DNA of 43,612 nucleotides from Oscillospiraceae bacterium (GTDB lineage Bacteria; Bacillota; Clostridia; Oscillospirales; UBA644): positions 1 through 43,612 of the forward strand of contig SVMP01000002.1 in the NCBI GenBank assembly GCA_015067385.1, written 5' to 3'. This document shows positions 8,875 through 18,844 of the stretch, in pieces (position 1 is the stretch's first letter; each line of letters starts with the position of its first letter). The notes under the pieces are model-generated. The model did not search any database. It was not told the origin of the DNA and saw only the letters and a program-made list of their open reading frames with translations. The position numbers were made by a program, and so were the translations under genes.

Positions 8875-9879
8875 ATGATTGTACTTCTCAAACAAAATCC
8901 CGATAAGGCGCAACTTGACAGCCTTATTTCCTGGCTCGAATCCAAAGGCGTAGAGATACATCCCACCGTAGGTGCAACACAAACAATCCTCGGTCTTGTA
9001 GGAGACACATCTCATCTTGATATAGATCTCATTTCCGCTCTGGACATAGTTGAAGCCGTTCGCAGAGTTCAAGAACCGTATAAAAATGCAAACAGAAAGT
9101 TCCATCCGCAAGATACAGTGATCAAGGTCGGCAATACTCAGATAGGCGGCGGCAACCTCACACTTATAGCAGGTCCGTGTTCTGTTGAATCGGAAGAACA
9201 GATATGTGAGATAGCAATGAAGGTTAAGGAAAGCGGGGCCACGATGCTTCGAGGCGGCGCATTCAAGCCCAGAACATCCCCCTACTCTTTCCAGGGCCTC
9301 AGAAATGAAGGTCTTCGTCTTCTTTCGATTGCAAAGAAGCTCACAGGTCTTCCCATTGTAACCGAAATAATGGATATATCTCAGCTTCCTAACTTTGACG
9401 ATGTTGACGTAATTCAGGTTGGTGCGAGAAACATGCAGAATTTCGAGCTTTTAAAAGCCCTCGGAACTGTCAGAAAACCCATTCTTTTAAAGAGAGGTCT
9501 TTCCTCAACATACGAAGAACTTCTCATGAGTGCAGAATACATCATGGCAGGCGGAAACAATGAAGTTATCCTTTGCGAACGAGGAATAAGAACATTTGAA
9601 ACATATACCCGTAACACTCTCGACGTTGCAGCTATTCCCGTTTTAAAACAGCTTTCACATCTCCCCATAATTATCGACCCCAGCCACTCAGCCGGAAAAT
9701 CAGCTCTTGTATCTCCCCTCTCATGCGCAGCTGTTGCGGCAGGAGCAGACGGTCTTATAATTGAAGTCCACAACGACCCCGCACACGCGCTTTGCGACGG
9801 TCCTCAATCGATCCGCCCTGAAGCATTCGATTCTCTTGTAAAAAAACTCAATGTTATATCAGACACTATAAAAGAATAA
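8875..9879 (+). CDS. aroF: 3-deoxy-7-phosphoheptulonate (DAHP) synthase, type I-beta with an N-terminal ferredoxin/ACT-like regulatory domain
   Basis: 334-aa ORF. About 70 N-terminal residues (MIVLLKQNPDKAQLDSLISWLESKG...) precede a KDO8PS-like core (GPCSVES, LRGGAFKPRTSPYSFQG, DPSH). Confidence 0.9.
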   Translation: MIVLLKQNPDKAQLDSLISWLESKGVEIHPTVGATQTILGLVGDTSHLDIDLISALDIVEAVRRVQEPYKNANRKFHPQDTVIKVGNTQIGGGNLTLIAGPCSVESEEQICEIAMKVKESGATMLRGGAFKPRTSPYSFQGLRNEGLRLLSIAKKLTGLPIVTEIMDISQLPNFDDVDVIQVGARNMQNFELLKALGTVRKPILLKRGLSSTYEELLMSAEYIMAGGNNEVILCERGIRTFETYTRNTLDVAAIPVLKQLSHLPIIIDPSHSAGKSALVSPLSCAAVAAGADGLIIEVHNDPAHALCDGPQSIRPEAFDSLVKKLNVISDTIKE

Positions 9880-9903
9880 AAACAGAAAGTCAGGATAATT
9901 AAG

Positions 9904-10737
9904 ATGATTATCGGCATCGTAGGTCTCGGACTTATAGGCGGTTCGATGGCTAAAAGCATAAAAGCGAGAACAGACGATATGGTTCTTGGTATAGACCTTA
10001 ACGAAGAAACAATGAGCCTTGCAAAAATGTCCGGCTCTATAGACGGTGTTTTAACCGATGACAAACTCTCGTCTTGCGATATAATAATGATAGCCGTTGC
10101 CCCCGTTGCACTTATAAAATGGGTCGAAGAAAAGGCGAAGCTTCTTAAAGGAACACTTCTTATCGATCTTTGCGGTGTAAAAAGACATCTCGGAAACAAA
10201 ATATCGGAAAAAGCTGCTGAAAACGGTTTTTCGTATATAGGCGGACATCCGATGGCAGGTAAAGAAGTCAGCGGCTTTAAAAATTCAAATGCGACTTTAT
10301 TCAACGGAGCTTCAATGATAATTATTACGGATGAACATTCCAATATAATAACTCTTGATATGCTCAAAACATATTTTCTCAAGATCGGATTTGAAAAGAT
10401 CACTTTCTCTACTCCGGAAGAGCATGATATGATAATTGCGTACACATCACAGCTTGCGCATATAACATCAAGCGCATATATAAAATCTCCGACAGCTCAA
10501 AAGCATATGGGCTTTTCGGCAGGAAGCTACAAAGATATGACACGTGTTGCAAAGCTTGATGAAAATCTTTGGACAGAGCTTTTGTTGGACAACTCGGATT
10601 ATCTTATTGACGAGTTAAAAACTCTCATTGGAAATCTTTCCGATTATCTTAACGCACTTGAGACAAACGATGCCGAAACCCTCAAAGAGCTTTTGAAGAA
10701 AGGCCGCGAGCTCAAGCTTACCGCCGGAGGCGAATAA
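9904..10737 (+). CDS. tyrA: Prephenate dehydrogenase
   Basis: 277-aa ORF with an IVGLGLIGGS Rossmann motif and GGHPMAG. Confidence 0.9.
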   Translation: MIIGIVGLGLIGGSMAKSIKARTDDMVLGIDLNEETMSLAKMSGSIDGVLTDDKLSSCDIIMIAVAPVALIKWVEEKAKLLKGTLLIDLCGVKRHLGNKISEKAAENGFSYIGGHPMAGKEVSGFKNSNATLFNGASMIIITDEHSNIITLDMLKTYFLKIGFEKITFSTPEEHDMIIAYTSQLAHITSSAYIKSPTAQKHMGFSAGSYKDMTRVAKLDENLWTELLLDNSDYLIDELKTLIGNLSDYLNALETNDAETLKELLKKGRELKLTAGGE

Positions 10738-11801
10738 TGGCAATGCAGACGGTAAAAGTCAATGTCGGAAAAGGTTATGATGTTATAATCGAAAACGGCA
10801 TCCTCTCCGATTGCGGAAAGATAGTTAAAAAGGTTACGGGAAAGGGACGAGCTGCGATAATTACCGACTCAAATGTTTCCCGATTATATCTGCAAACTGT
10901 TTTAACATCTCTCAAAAAGGAGAATATAGAGAGCGAGAGCTTTGTTTTCGATGCAGGTGAGCAGTCAAAAAACATTTCCACATTATCCGATATCCTCGAA
11001 TTTCTTGCAGAAAAACAGTTTGTACGTTCTGATACGGTAATAGCGCTCGGCGGCGGTGTAACGGGAGATATGGCAGGCTTTGCGGCGGCTATATATCTCC
11101 GCGGAATTAAATTCATTCAGATACCGACAACGCTCCTTGCTGCAGTTGATTCTTCCGTAGGCGGAAAGACAGCGATCGACCTTAGTGCAGGAAAAAACCT
11201 TGCGGGAGCGTTTAAACAGCCTGAAGCAGTAATTTGCGACCCCGAAGTTTTCTCAACACTTCCCGAAAAGGAATTCGCAAACGGAATGGCGGAAACGATA
11301 AAGTACGGCGTTCTTTTCAGCGACGAGCTGTTTTACTCATTCAACGACAAAACAACGCCGAGCAGTCTCTGCGAGATGATAAAAAAATGTGTTTCTTTCA
11401 AAGCGAGAACCGTTGAAAATGATGAATTCGACAACGGCGAAAGAAAGCTTTTAAATCTCGGACACACGATCGGTCATGCGATAGAAAAATGCAGTAATTT
11501 TACCGTAAGTCACGGTTATGCCGTAGCGGCAGGAATGGCTATGATAGCAAGAGCAAGCGAAAGCCTGGGAACCGCTGAAAAAGGAACAGCTGAAAATATT
11601 GAAAAGATGTTAATAAAACATTCTCTTCCAACAGATTTCGACTACACGGCAGAAGAGCTTACAAATGCGGCGCTTTCGGACAAAAAACGCAGCGGAGATA
11701 AAATAACGCTTGTTTTACCGACCAATATAGGCAAATGTATACTCAAAGACGAGCCGATACAAATGCTTGGAAAATATATAGAACTCGGCAAGGGAAAATA
11801 A
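10737..11801 (+). CDS. aroB: 3-dehydroquinate synthase
   Basis: 354-aa ORF with GGGVTGDMAGFAAA, DSSVGGKT and LNLGHTIGHA motifs. Confidence 0.95.
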   Translation: MAMQTVKVNVGKGYDVIIENGILSDCGKIVKKVTGKGRAAIITDSNVSRLYLQTVLTSLKKENIESESFVFDAGEQSKNISTLSDILEFLAEKQFVRSDTVIALGGGVTGDMAGFAAAIYLRGIKFIQIPTTLLAAVDSSVGGKTAIDLSAGKNLAGAFKQPEAVICDPEVFSTLPEKEFANGMAETIKYGVLFSDELFYSFNDKTTPSSLCEMIKKCVSFKARTVENDEFDNGERKLLNLGHTIGHAIEKCSNFTVSHGYAVAAGMAMIARASESLGTAEKGTAENIEKMLIKHSLPTDFDYTAEELTNAALSDKKRSGDKITLVLPTNIGKCILKDEPIQMLGKYIELGKGK

Positions 11802-13061
11802 ATGGATATTATAATTAAACCGTCCTCACTCAGCGGCAAAACAGAAGCCATAGGCTCAAAGTCAGACATACACAGACTGCTGATCTGCGCGGCAGTTGCA
11901 AACGAAAAGACAGAAATAGACGGCATCTTTTTTTCCAATGATGTTTTTGCAACATTATCATGCATCAACGCACTCGGAGCAAAAACCGTAATCAATCAAA
12001 ACAGCTGCACTGTTTATCCGATAGAAAAAAGTACCGAGTGTCCGATAATTGATTGCGGAGAAAGCGGTTCAACATTGAGATTTCTTTTGCCGGTCGCATG
12101 TGCGGTAACAGAAAAAGCTGAGTTTGTCGGGAAAGGACGTCTTCCGGAAAGACCGATCGGCGAGCTTATAACGGCGATGTGTTCGGGCGGCGTTAAATTC
12201 AGCGAAGAAAAGCTTCCGTTAAAAACCGAAGGGAAACTTCGTGCAGGGAAATATTATATACCCGGCAATATCAGTTCTCAATATATATCGGGGCTTCTGA
12301 TGGCATTAAGCACGGTTGAAGGCGAAAGCGAGATCATTTTAACATCAAAAACAGAGTCTGTCGGATACATTAACATGACACTGTCTACCCTTTCGATTTT
12401 CGGAGCAGACATAAAGGAAGAAGAAGGACGTTATATTGTAAAAGGAAAAAAAAGACTTATTTCACCGAAGAAAATACGTGTTGACGGAGACTGGTCAAAT
12501 GCAGCTTTCTTTTTAGCCGCAGGTGCCATAGGCGATAAAATAGAAATAGACGGATTAAATATAAACAGCCTTCAGGGTGACAAAGAAATAATCGAGATAC
12601 TTCAACGCTTCGGAGCAGACATTAAAGAAGAAAACGGAACAATAACTGTATCTAAAGGGAAGCTTTGCGGATGCAGGATAGATCTTTCAGACATTCCCGA
12701 CATGCTTCCTGCGCTTGCAGTTGTAGCAGCTTTTGCGGAAGGCGATACGGTATTTACTGGAGCTGCAAGATTACGTTTAAAAGAAAGCGACCGACTTGCA
12801 ACCGTACATAAAATGATAACCGACCTTGGAGGAAAGGCAACAGAATTCGAGGACGGATTGACCGTTCACGGAACAAACAGAGGTCTTACAGGCGGCAAGA
12901 CAGACGGTGCAAACGACCACAGAATAGTTATGGCTGCGGCTATAGCAGCGGCTTTCTGCAAAGAAGAAACGGTTATTACAGGTTGTCAGGCAGTTAACAA
13001 ATCGTACCCGACATTTTTTGATGATATGAAAAAACTCGGAGGGAAAGCAGATGTCATCTAA
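11802..13061 (+). CDS. aroA: 3-phosphoshikimate 1-carboxyvinyltransferase (EPSP synthase)
   Basis: 419-aa ORF with GSKSDIHR, GESGSTLRFL, LRLKESDR and NDHRIVMA motifs. Confidence 0.95.
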   Translation: MDIIIKPSSLSGKTEAIGSKSDIHRLLICAAVANEKTEIDGIFFSNDVFATLSCINALGAKTVINQNSCTVYPIEKSTECPIIDCGESGSTLRFLLPVACAVTEKAEFVGKGRLPERPIGELITAMCSGGVKFSEEKLPLKTEGKLRAGKYYIPGNISSQYISGLLMALSTVEGESEIILTSKTESVGYINMTLSTLSIFGADIKEEEGRYIVKGKKRLISPKKIRVDGDWSNAAFFLAAGAIGDKIEIDGLNINSLQGDKEIIEILQRFGADIKEENGTITVSKGKLCGCRIDLSDIPDMLPALAVVAAFAEGDTVFTGAARLRLKESDRLATVHKMITDLGGKATEFEDGLTVHGTNRGLTGGKTDGANDHRIVMAAAIAAAFCKEETVITGCQAVNKSYPTFFDDMKKLGGKADVI

Positions 13062-14139
13062 ATACGGAAAAACACTGGAAATATCGGTTTTCGGGCAGTC
13101 TCACGGAAAGGCTATCGGTGTTAACATAGACGGACTTCCATCGGGCGAAGAGATCGATATTGAAAAACTTTATGAATTTATGGGCAGGAGAGCTCCCGGA
13201 AAAAGTGACTTTGCGACAAAACGCTCCGAGGCTGATCTCCCTGTTTTCCTATCGGGGATAGAAAACGGTAAAACCTGCGGCTTTCCGATATGTGCGATAA
13301 TTGAAAATAAAGATACACGTTCAACAGACTACGCAGGACTTTCAAAAACGCCTCGTCCGTCTCACGCCGATTACACTGCATTGTTAAGATACGGAGAAAG
13401 CGTTGACCTCAGAGGCGGAGGTCATTTTTCTGGAAGATTGACAGCCCCCCTCTGCATAGCAGGCGGTATCGCAAAGCAGATCCTTGAAAGACGAGGCATA
13501 TATATCGGTGCACAGATATTATCCGTCGGAAAAGAAAATGGCGAAAAATTTCCGTTATACCCTTCAAAAGAACTATTTGACGAGACAGCAAAAAAAGAAT
13601 TGCCGACCGTAAACGATGAATGCGGTAAAAAAATGGCTGAAGTTATACGTCTTGCAGCAAAGGACGCTGATTCCGTGGGCGCAAAAATTGAATGTGCAAT
13701 AATCGGATTGCCTGCAGGAATAGGCTCCCCGATGTTTGACGGTATAGAAAACCGCATCGCTCAGGCAATTTTCGGTATTCCGGCAGTGAAAGGAATAGAA
13801 TTCGGTGCGGGATTCGAATCCGCAGAAATGTTGGGTTCCGAAAACAACGATCCGTTCACCGTAAAAGATGGCGTTATCGTTACGGAAACAAACAATTGCG
13901 GAGGCATTCTCGGCGGTATTTCAAACGGAATGCCGATAGTATTTACAACTGCATTTAAACCCACGCCGTCAATAGGAAAAGAACAGCGTACCGTTGATGT
14001 TAAAACAATGGAAAACACAACTGTTACCGTAAAAGGCAGACACGACCCCTGCATTGCAGTAAGAGCCGTACCTGTTGTTGAAGCGGTTGCGGCAACAGCG
14101 ATTCTCGATATGCTTTTGGAAGAGAGCGAGGTAATATAA
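13051..14139 (+). CDS. aroC: Chorismate synthase
   Basis: 362-aa ORF with FGQSHG, RPSHADY, GGGHFSGR and GRHDPC motifs. Confidence 0.95.
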   Translation: MSSKYGKTLEISVFGQSHGKAIGVNIDGLPSGEEIDIEKLYEFMGRRAPGKSDFATKRSEADLPVFLSGIENGKTCGFPICAIIENKDTRSTDYAGLSKTPRPSHADYTALLRYGESVDLRGGGHFSGRLTAPLCIAGGIAKQILERRGIYIGAQILSVGKENGEKFPLYPSKELFDETAKKELPTVNDECGKKMAEVIRLAAKDADSVGAKIECAIIGLPAGIGSPMFDGIENRIAQAIFGIPAVKGIEFGAGFESAEMLGSENNDPFTVKDGVIVTETNNCGGILGGISNGMPIVFTTAFKPTPSIGKEQRTVDVKTMENTTVTVKGRHDPCIAVRAVPVVEAVAATAILDMLLEESEVI

Positions 14140-15279
14140 ATGGATCTTTCCGAGATCAGAAAAAGAATAGATGAAATAGACGGTAAGCTCCTGCCCCTTT
14201 TTCTTGAAAGAATGAATCTTTCCGCAGAAGTTGCGGCATATAAAAAAGCTCACAATCTGCCTGTTTTAAACAAGGGCAGAGAACGTGAGATTCTGGATCG
14301 TGTGATGAAAGAAAGCGGCGATATGGAGCAGTTTTCGCATCGCCTTTATACGACCATTTTTGAACTCAGCAGGGCATATCAGGAAACATTGAACACAGAA
14401 AGCTCCGAATTGAGTAAAAATATCGAAGAAGCATTAAAAAACAGCCCCGATATGTTCCCCCAAAGTGCAACGGTCGCTTGTCAAGGCGTTGAAGGCGCAT
14501 ATTCACAGATGGCGGCGGACAAGATCTTTCCTCGCGGAAATCTGATGTTTTTCAAGACTTTTGAGGCGGTTTTCGATGCTGTCGAAAGCGGGCTTTGCCG
14601 TTTCGGTGTCGTTCCGATAGAAAACAGTTCAAACGGTTCCGTGAGAGCAACGTACGATCTGTTAAGAACAAAAAATGTAAAGATCGTTAAAAGCGAACGT
14701 CTATGCATTCGCCACGAACTTTTAGCAAAGCCAGGAACAAAACTTGAAGACATAAAAGAGATCAGGTCTCACGAACAGGCGCTCGGTCAATGCAGTGAAT
14801 TTTTAAAGACATTGGGGGCCGATGTTAAAATAACGGCTGTCGCAAACACAGCGATGGCGGCGCAATCCGTTGCAAATAACGATGACAACACGGTTGCGGC
14901 GATCGCATCGCATTCGGGTTGCGAGATCTACGGACTTGTACCTATAAAACAAAACATTCAGAACAGCGACAATAATTACACCAGATTTATCTGCATTTCA
15001 AAGAATACCGAAATTTATCCCGGAGCTAATCGCATAAGTCTTGTTTTAGAATGTGAACATCGCCCGGGAACGCTTTATCAGATACTCGCAAAGCTTGCAG
15101 CGCTTGAGATCGATATACTGAAGCTCGAAAGTTGTCCGATAGTCGGTCACGATTTTGAGTTTATGTTCTTTTTTGAAATCTCGGCAAACGTAAAAGATCC
15201 GAAAACGATCTCAATGCTGGAAAGCCTTAAACGAGACTGCAGAAAACTTATTTTCCTCGGAAACTATTCGGAGAATTAA
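14140..15279 (+). CDS. pheA: Bifunctional chorismate mutase / prephenate dehydratase with a C-terminal ACT domain
   Basis: 379-aa ORF. It has an N-terminal AroQ-type CM helix (IRKRIDEIDGKLLPLFLERM), a PDT core (ACQGVEGAYS...PIENSSNGSV) and an ACT region (ISLVLECEHRPGTLY). Confidence 0.9.
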   Translation: MDLSEIRKRIDEIDGKLLPLFLERMNLSAEVAAYKKAHNLPVLNKGREREILDRVMKESGDMEQFSHRLYTTIFELSRAYQETLNTESSELSKNIEEALKNSPDMFPQSATVACQGVEGAYSQMAADKIFPRGNLMFFKTFEAVFDAVESGLCRFGVVPIENSSNGSVRATYDLLRTKNVKIVKSERLCIRHELLAKPGTKLEDIKEIRSHEQALGQCSEFLKTLGADVKITAVANTAMAAQSVANNDDNTVAAIASHSGCEIYGLVPIKQNIQNSDNNYTRFICISKNTEIYPGANRISLVLECEHRPGTLYQILAKLAALEIDILKLESCPIVGHDFEFMFFFEISANVKDPKTISMLESLKRDCRKLIFLGNYSEN

Positions 15280-16521
15280 ATGGAACAGAAAATATTTGGT
15301 CTTTTAGGACGAAAACTCGGTCATAGTTATTCCGTCCCTATTCACAAGAAGCTCGGAAACGATAAATACAAGCTTTACGAGCTTGAACCCGAACAGCTCG
15401 GCGAATTTATCCGCAGAGAAGATATTGGCGGTTTAAACGTAACGATACCGTATAAAGTTGACGCAATGAAATTCTGCGATGAGATCTCCCCCGAAGCGAT
15501 GGCGATAGGCTCTGTAAACACGATAGTTAACCGCAACGGTAAAGTTTACGGTTATAACACCGATAAATTCGGTTTTTGCCATATGTTAAAACAGGGCGGT
15601 ATCGATGTAAAAGACAAAAAAGTTCTCGTTCTGGGAAGCGGCGGTGCGAGCAAGACAGCGTGCTTCTGCGTAAAAGAACTGGGAGCGAAGAGCCTTTTTG
15701 TTATATCGAGAAGCGGTGAGGACAATTACAACAACCTCGAAAAGCATTACGATGCGGAGATCATAATCAACACGACTCCCGTCGGAATGTATCCTAACAA
15801 CGGTGAGGCGGCTATAGATCTTCGTAATTTCAAAAAGTGTGTCGGCGTTGCGGATATGATATACAATCCTCTGCGTACAAAATTTTTAATGGATGCACAG
15901 GATCTTGGTATTGCGAACATAGGCGGTCTTTCGATGCTCGTGGCTCAGGCAAAAATGGCTGACGAATATTTCTTTGACAGAAAGACTGACGATTCGATAA
16001 TCGGTAAAATAACAGACGAGCTTGCAAAAGACAGCGAAAATATCGTCCTTATCGGAATGCCGGGAAGCGGTAAAACGACTGTCGGCAAAGAGCTTGCGAA
16101 ATTAACGGGAAGAGAGATACTTGAAGCCGACGAAATGATCGTCAAAGCGGCAGGAAGATCCATACCCGAAATATTTGCGGACGGCGGCGAACCTGCGTTC
16201 AGAAAGATCGAAAGCGAGATACTCGAACAGTGCGGCAAGCAGGCAGGTAAAATTATCGTTACGGGCGGCGGTGCTGTTACTGTTGAGAAAAATTACGCTT
16301 ATTTAAAGCAAAACGGCAGGATCTATGAAATAATGAGAGATATCTCTCTTCTTGAAACGGACGGCAGACCGTTATCTAAAGGCAAGGATCTTTCGGAAAT
16401 GTACAAAAAAAGACGTCCAATGTACGATGCATTCAGAGATACTTTCGTTGAAAACAGCACGACCGCAGCAGAAACAGCGGAAAATATTCGGAGGGATTTT
16501 TATGAAAATTCTCGTGATTAA
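15280..16521 (+). CDS. aroE-aroK: Fused shikimate dehydrogenase (aa 1-~245) and shikimate kinase (aa ~253-413)
   Basis: Single 413-aa ORF. The AroE part has LNVTIPYK, NTD and GSGGASK. The kinase part has Walker A GMPGSGKTTVGK and GGGAV. Confidence 0.85.
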   Translation: MEQKIFGLLGRKLGHSYSVPIHKKLGNDKYKLYELEPEQLGEFIRREDIGGLNVTIPYKVDAMKFCDEISPEAMAIGSVNTIVNRNGKVYGYNTDKFGFCHMLKQGGIDVKDKKVLVLGSGGASKTACFCVKELGAKSLFVISRSGEDNYNNLEKHYDAEIIINTTPVGMYPNNGEAAIDLRNFKKCVGVADMIYNPLRTKFLMDAQDLGIANIGGLSMLVAQAKMADEYFFDRKTDDSIIGKITDELAKDSENIVLIGMPGSGKTTVGKELAKLTGREILEADEMIVKAAGRSIPEIFADGGEPAFRKIESEILEQCGKQAGKIIVTGGGAVTVEKNYAYLKQNGRIYEIMRDISLLETDGRPLSKGKDLSEMYKKRRPMYDAFRDTFVENSTTAAETAENIRRDFYENSRD

Positions 16522-16927
16522 CGGCCCGAACATCAATATGCTCGGGATACGCGAACCCGAAATTTACGGTTCAAAGACGTATTCAGACCTCGTTGAACTT
16601 ATAAAAAAAGAAGCCGACAGTCTCGGTGTTGAAGTTAAATTTTTTCAGTCGAACCATGAGGGTGCGATAGTTGACGAGATCCAGCAGGCATACGGCAAAT
16701 TTGACGGCATCGTTATCAATCCTGCTGCGTACACACACACGAGCGTTGCACTTTTGGACGCAGTAAAAGCGGTCGGAATACCGACGGTCGAAGTTCATAT
16801 CTCCGATCCCGACACACGCGATGAATTCAGAAAGATATCGTATATCAGACAGGCGTGCGTGGCGACCGTCAAAGGAAAAGGCTTTGACGGGTATATTGAG
16901 GCGATGAAAATATTGGTAAACAAATAA
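16502..16927 (+). CDS. aroQ: Type II 3-dehydroquinate dehydratase
   Basis: The track ORF is 16352-16927. The likely start is ATG 16502 (MKILVINGPNINMLGIREPEIYG) after GGAGGG. It contains the HISD motif. Confidence 0.9.
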   Translation: MKILVINGPNINMLGIREPEIYGSKTYSDLVELIKKEADSLGVEVKFFQSNHEGAIVDEIQQAYGKFDGIVINPAAYTHTSVALLDAVKAVGIPTVEVHISDPDTRDEFRKISYIRQACVATVKGKGFDGYIEAMKILVNK

Positions 16928-16937
16928 TAACAGAAAT

Positions 16938-16970
16938 GGACCGTAAGAACTACGGTTCATTTTGTTATTT
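16938..16970 (+). terminator. Intrinsic terminator of the aro operon
   Basis: GGACCGTA (16938-16945) pairs with TACGGTTC (16951-16958). ATTTTGTTATTT follows. Confidence 0.7.
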
Positions 16971-16976
16971 AATATC

Positions 16977-17005
16977 TTGACAGAATAAAGCATATGTGTT
17001 AAAAT
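16977..17005 (+). promoter_or_regulatory. sigma-A type promoter of the FAD oxidoreductase gene
   Basis: TTGACA at 16977-16982, 17-bp spacer, TGtTAAAAT at 16997-17005. Confidence 0.55.
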
Positions 17006-17036
17006 TAAAACAAAAATAAAAATTAAGGAGATTGTT

Positions 17037-18821
17037 ATGCTTAAAAGAAAACATATAGATTGCGATCTTTGCGTAGTCGGCGGCGGTATGTCGGGAATGA
17101 TGGCGGCGATCGCAGCGGCAAGAGAAGGCGTTAAAGTTGTTTTAATGCACGAAAGACCTGTTTTGGGCGGCAATGCATCGTCCGAAATAAGAATGTGGAT
17201 ATGCGGAGCGGCTGACAGAGACAACAAAGAAACCGGTATATTGGAAGAAATTGCATTGGAAAATCTCTACCGTAATCCCACAAAAAGCTTTGCGATATGG
17301 GACACGGTACTCTATGATTTTGTCAAACGTGAAGAAAACATTACTCTGCTTTTGAATTGCACCTGCATGGATGCAGATACGGAAGAGGGCGAATTCAAAT
17401 ACGGCAGAACGAGAAAAATTAAGTCCGTCACGGGCTATCAGATGACTACTCAATGTTTTTACGAAGTCAGCGCAAAATATTTCTGCGACAGTTCGGGCGA
17501 CAGTATTTTAGCGCCTCTCTGTAAAGCGGAATTCCGTATCGGCCGTGAAGCGAAATCAGAGTTTAACGAAGATACCTCGATCGTTGAGGCTGACAAGATG
17601 ACGATGGGTATGTCCTGTCTTATTCAAGGCAGAGAGACAACGAAGGATATAAAATTTATTCCGCCCGAATATGTTGCGGGTATTCCCGATGAAGTTTTCG
17701 AAAACAGAACGCCGAGCATATACAACGAGTCTGAAAATTACTGGTATCTTGAGCTTGGCGGCGACAGAAATACGATCGAAGACACAGAAGAGATCCGTGA
17801 TGAGCTTGTTGTACTGGCAACAAGAATGTGGGATTTCATCAAAAACTCGGGAAAGATCGATGCAGATAAATGGGATCTTGATTTTCTCGGATTTTTACCC
17901 GGCAAACGTGAATCAAGAAGAATGTGCGGCGAATACATGATAACACAGAGGGATATCGGAGACAATGTTGTTTTCGATGACGAGATCGCATACGGCGGCT
18001 GGCCGATAGACGACCATTTCCCCGGTGGTTTTTATAACAAAGGCAGTGTAAATACATCACGTTGGACATGTTCACCGTATTCTATCCCCTATCGTGCGCT
18101 TTACTCGAAAAATATTGAGAACCTTTTCTTTGCAGGCAGAAATATCAGCATGACACATATGGCAATGAGCAGTATGCGAGTTATGGCAACATGTTCACTT
18201 CTCGGCGAAGCTGTCGGCAAGGCTGCGGCTGTTGCAACGAAAAACGGCTATACACCGCATGATGTTTATCTCAACGATAAAGATCTGCTCCAGACATTAC
18301 TTATGAATGAAGACTGCTTCCTGCCTTCAAAAACAAGAAAGATTTCGGAACTTTGCAAAAATTCAAAGTTAAATATTGAAAGCGAAGCGATAAGAAACGG
18401 TCAGGACAGAGCGCACCGCATATACGAAACAAACGAGCAGAATTTTGCTTATTTCGCAAATAAAAATGAGCAGGTAATTTACAGCTTCGAGCCTTCACAG
18501 ATAGACTCCGTTCATGTCGTTTTTGACAGCGATATCAACCGTGACACCCTGCCCGGCGGTCATTGCGAGCGAATCCATTCAACACGTGCAAATCATCTGC
18601 TGGATAGTCCGCAGATGTGTATGCCGAAAACGCTTTGCAAAGAATTCAAACTCATCGGTGAGCTTAACGGCGAACAGTTTGAGATAGCTCATGTTAAAAA
18701 CAACAGAAAAAGAGCATATCATTTTAATATCGGTAAAAAATTCGATAAACTTACGCTCATTCCCATTGATATTTGGTCTGACGCCGAAAAGATAGCTGTA
18801 GTTTCTTTCGACTTTAACTAA
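17037..18821 (+). CDS. FAD-dependent oxidoreductase of unknown substrate
   Basis: 594-aa ORF with RBS AAGGAG. It has an N-terminal dinucleotide-binding motif VVGGGMSGMMAAIAAAREG...LGGN. It is monocistronic, with its own promoter and terminator. Confidence 0.7.
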   Translation: MLKRKHIDCDLCVVGGGMSGMMAAIAAAREGVKVVLMHERPVLGGNASSEIRMWICGAADRDNKETGILEEIALENLYRNPTKSFAIWDTVLYDFVKREENITLLLNCTCMDADTEEGEFKYGRTRKIKSVTGYQMTTQCFYEVSAKYFCDSSGDSILAPLCKAEFRIGREAKSEFNEDTSIVEADKMTMGMSCLIQGRETTKDIKFIPPEYVAGIPDEVFENRTPSIYNESENYWYLELGGDRNTIEDTEEIRDELVVLATRMWDFIKNSGKIDADKWDLDFLGFLPGKRESRRMCGEYMITQRDIGDNVVFDDEIAYGGWPIDDHFPGGFYNKGSVNTSRWTCSPYSIPYRALYSKNIENLFFAGRNISMTHMAMSSMRVMATCSLLGEAVGKAAAVATKNGYTPHDVYLNDKDLLQTLLMNEDCFLPSKTRKISELCKNSKLNIESEAIRNGQDRAHRIYETNEQNFAYFANKNEQVIYSFEPSQIDSVHVVFDSDINRDTLPGGHCERIHSTRANHLLDSPQMCMPKTLCKEFKLIGELNGEQFEIAHVKNNRKRAYHFNIGKKFDKLTLIPIDIWSDAEKIAVVSFDFN

Positions 18822-18844
18822 ACACAAAAACTCCTCAGATTTTA

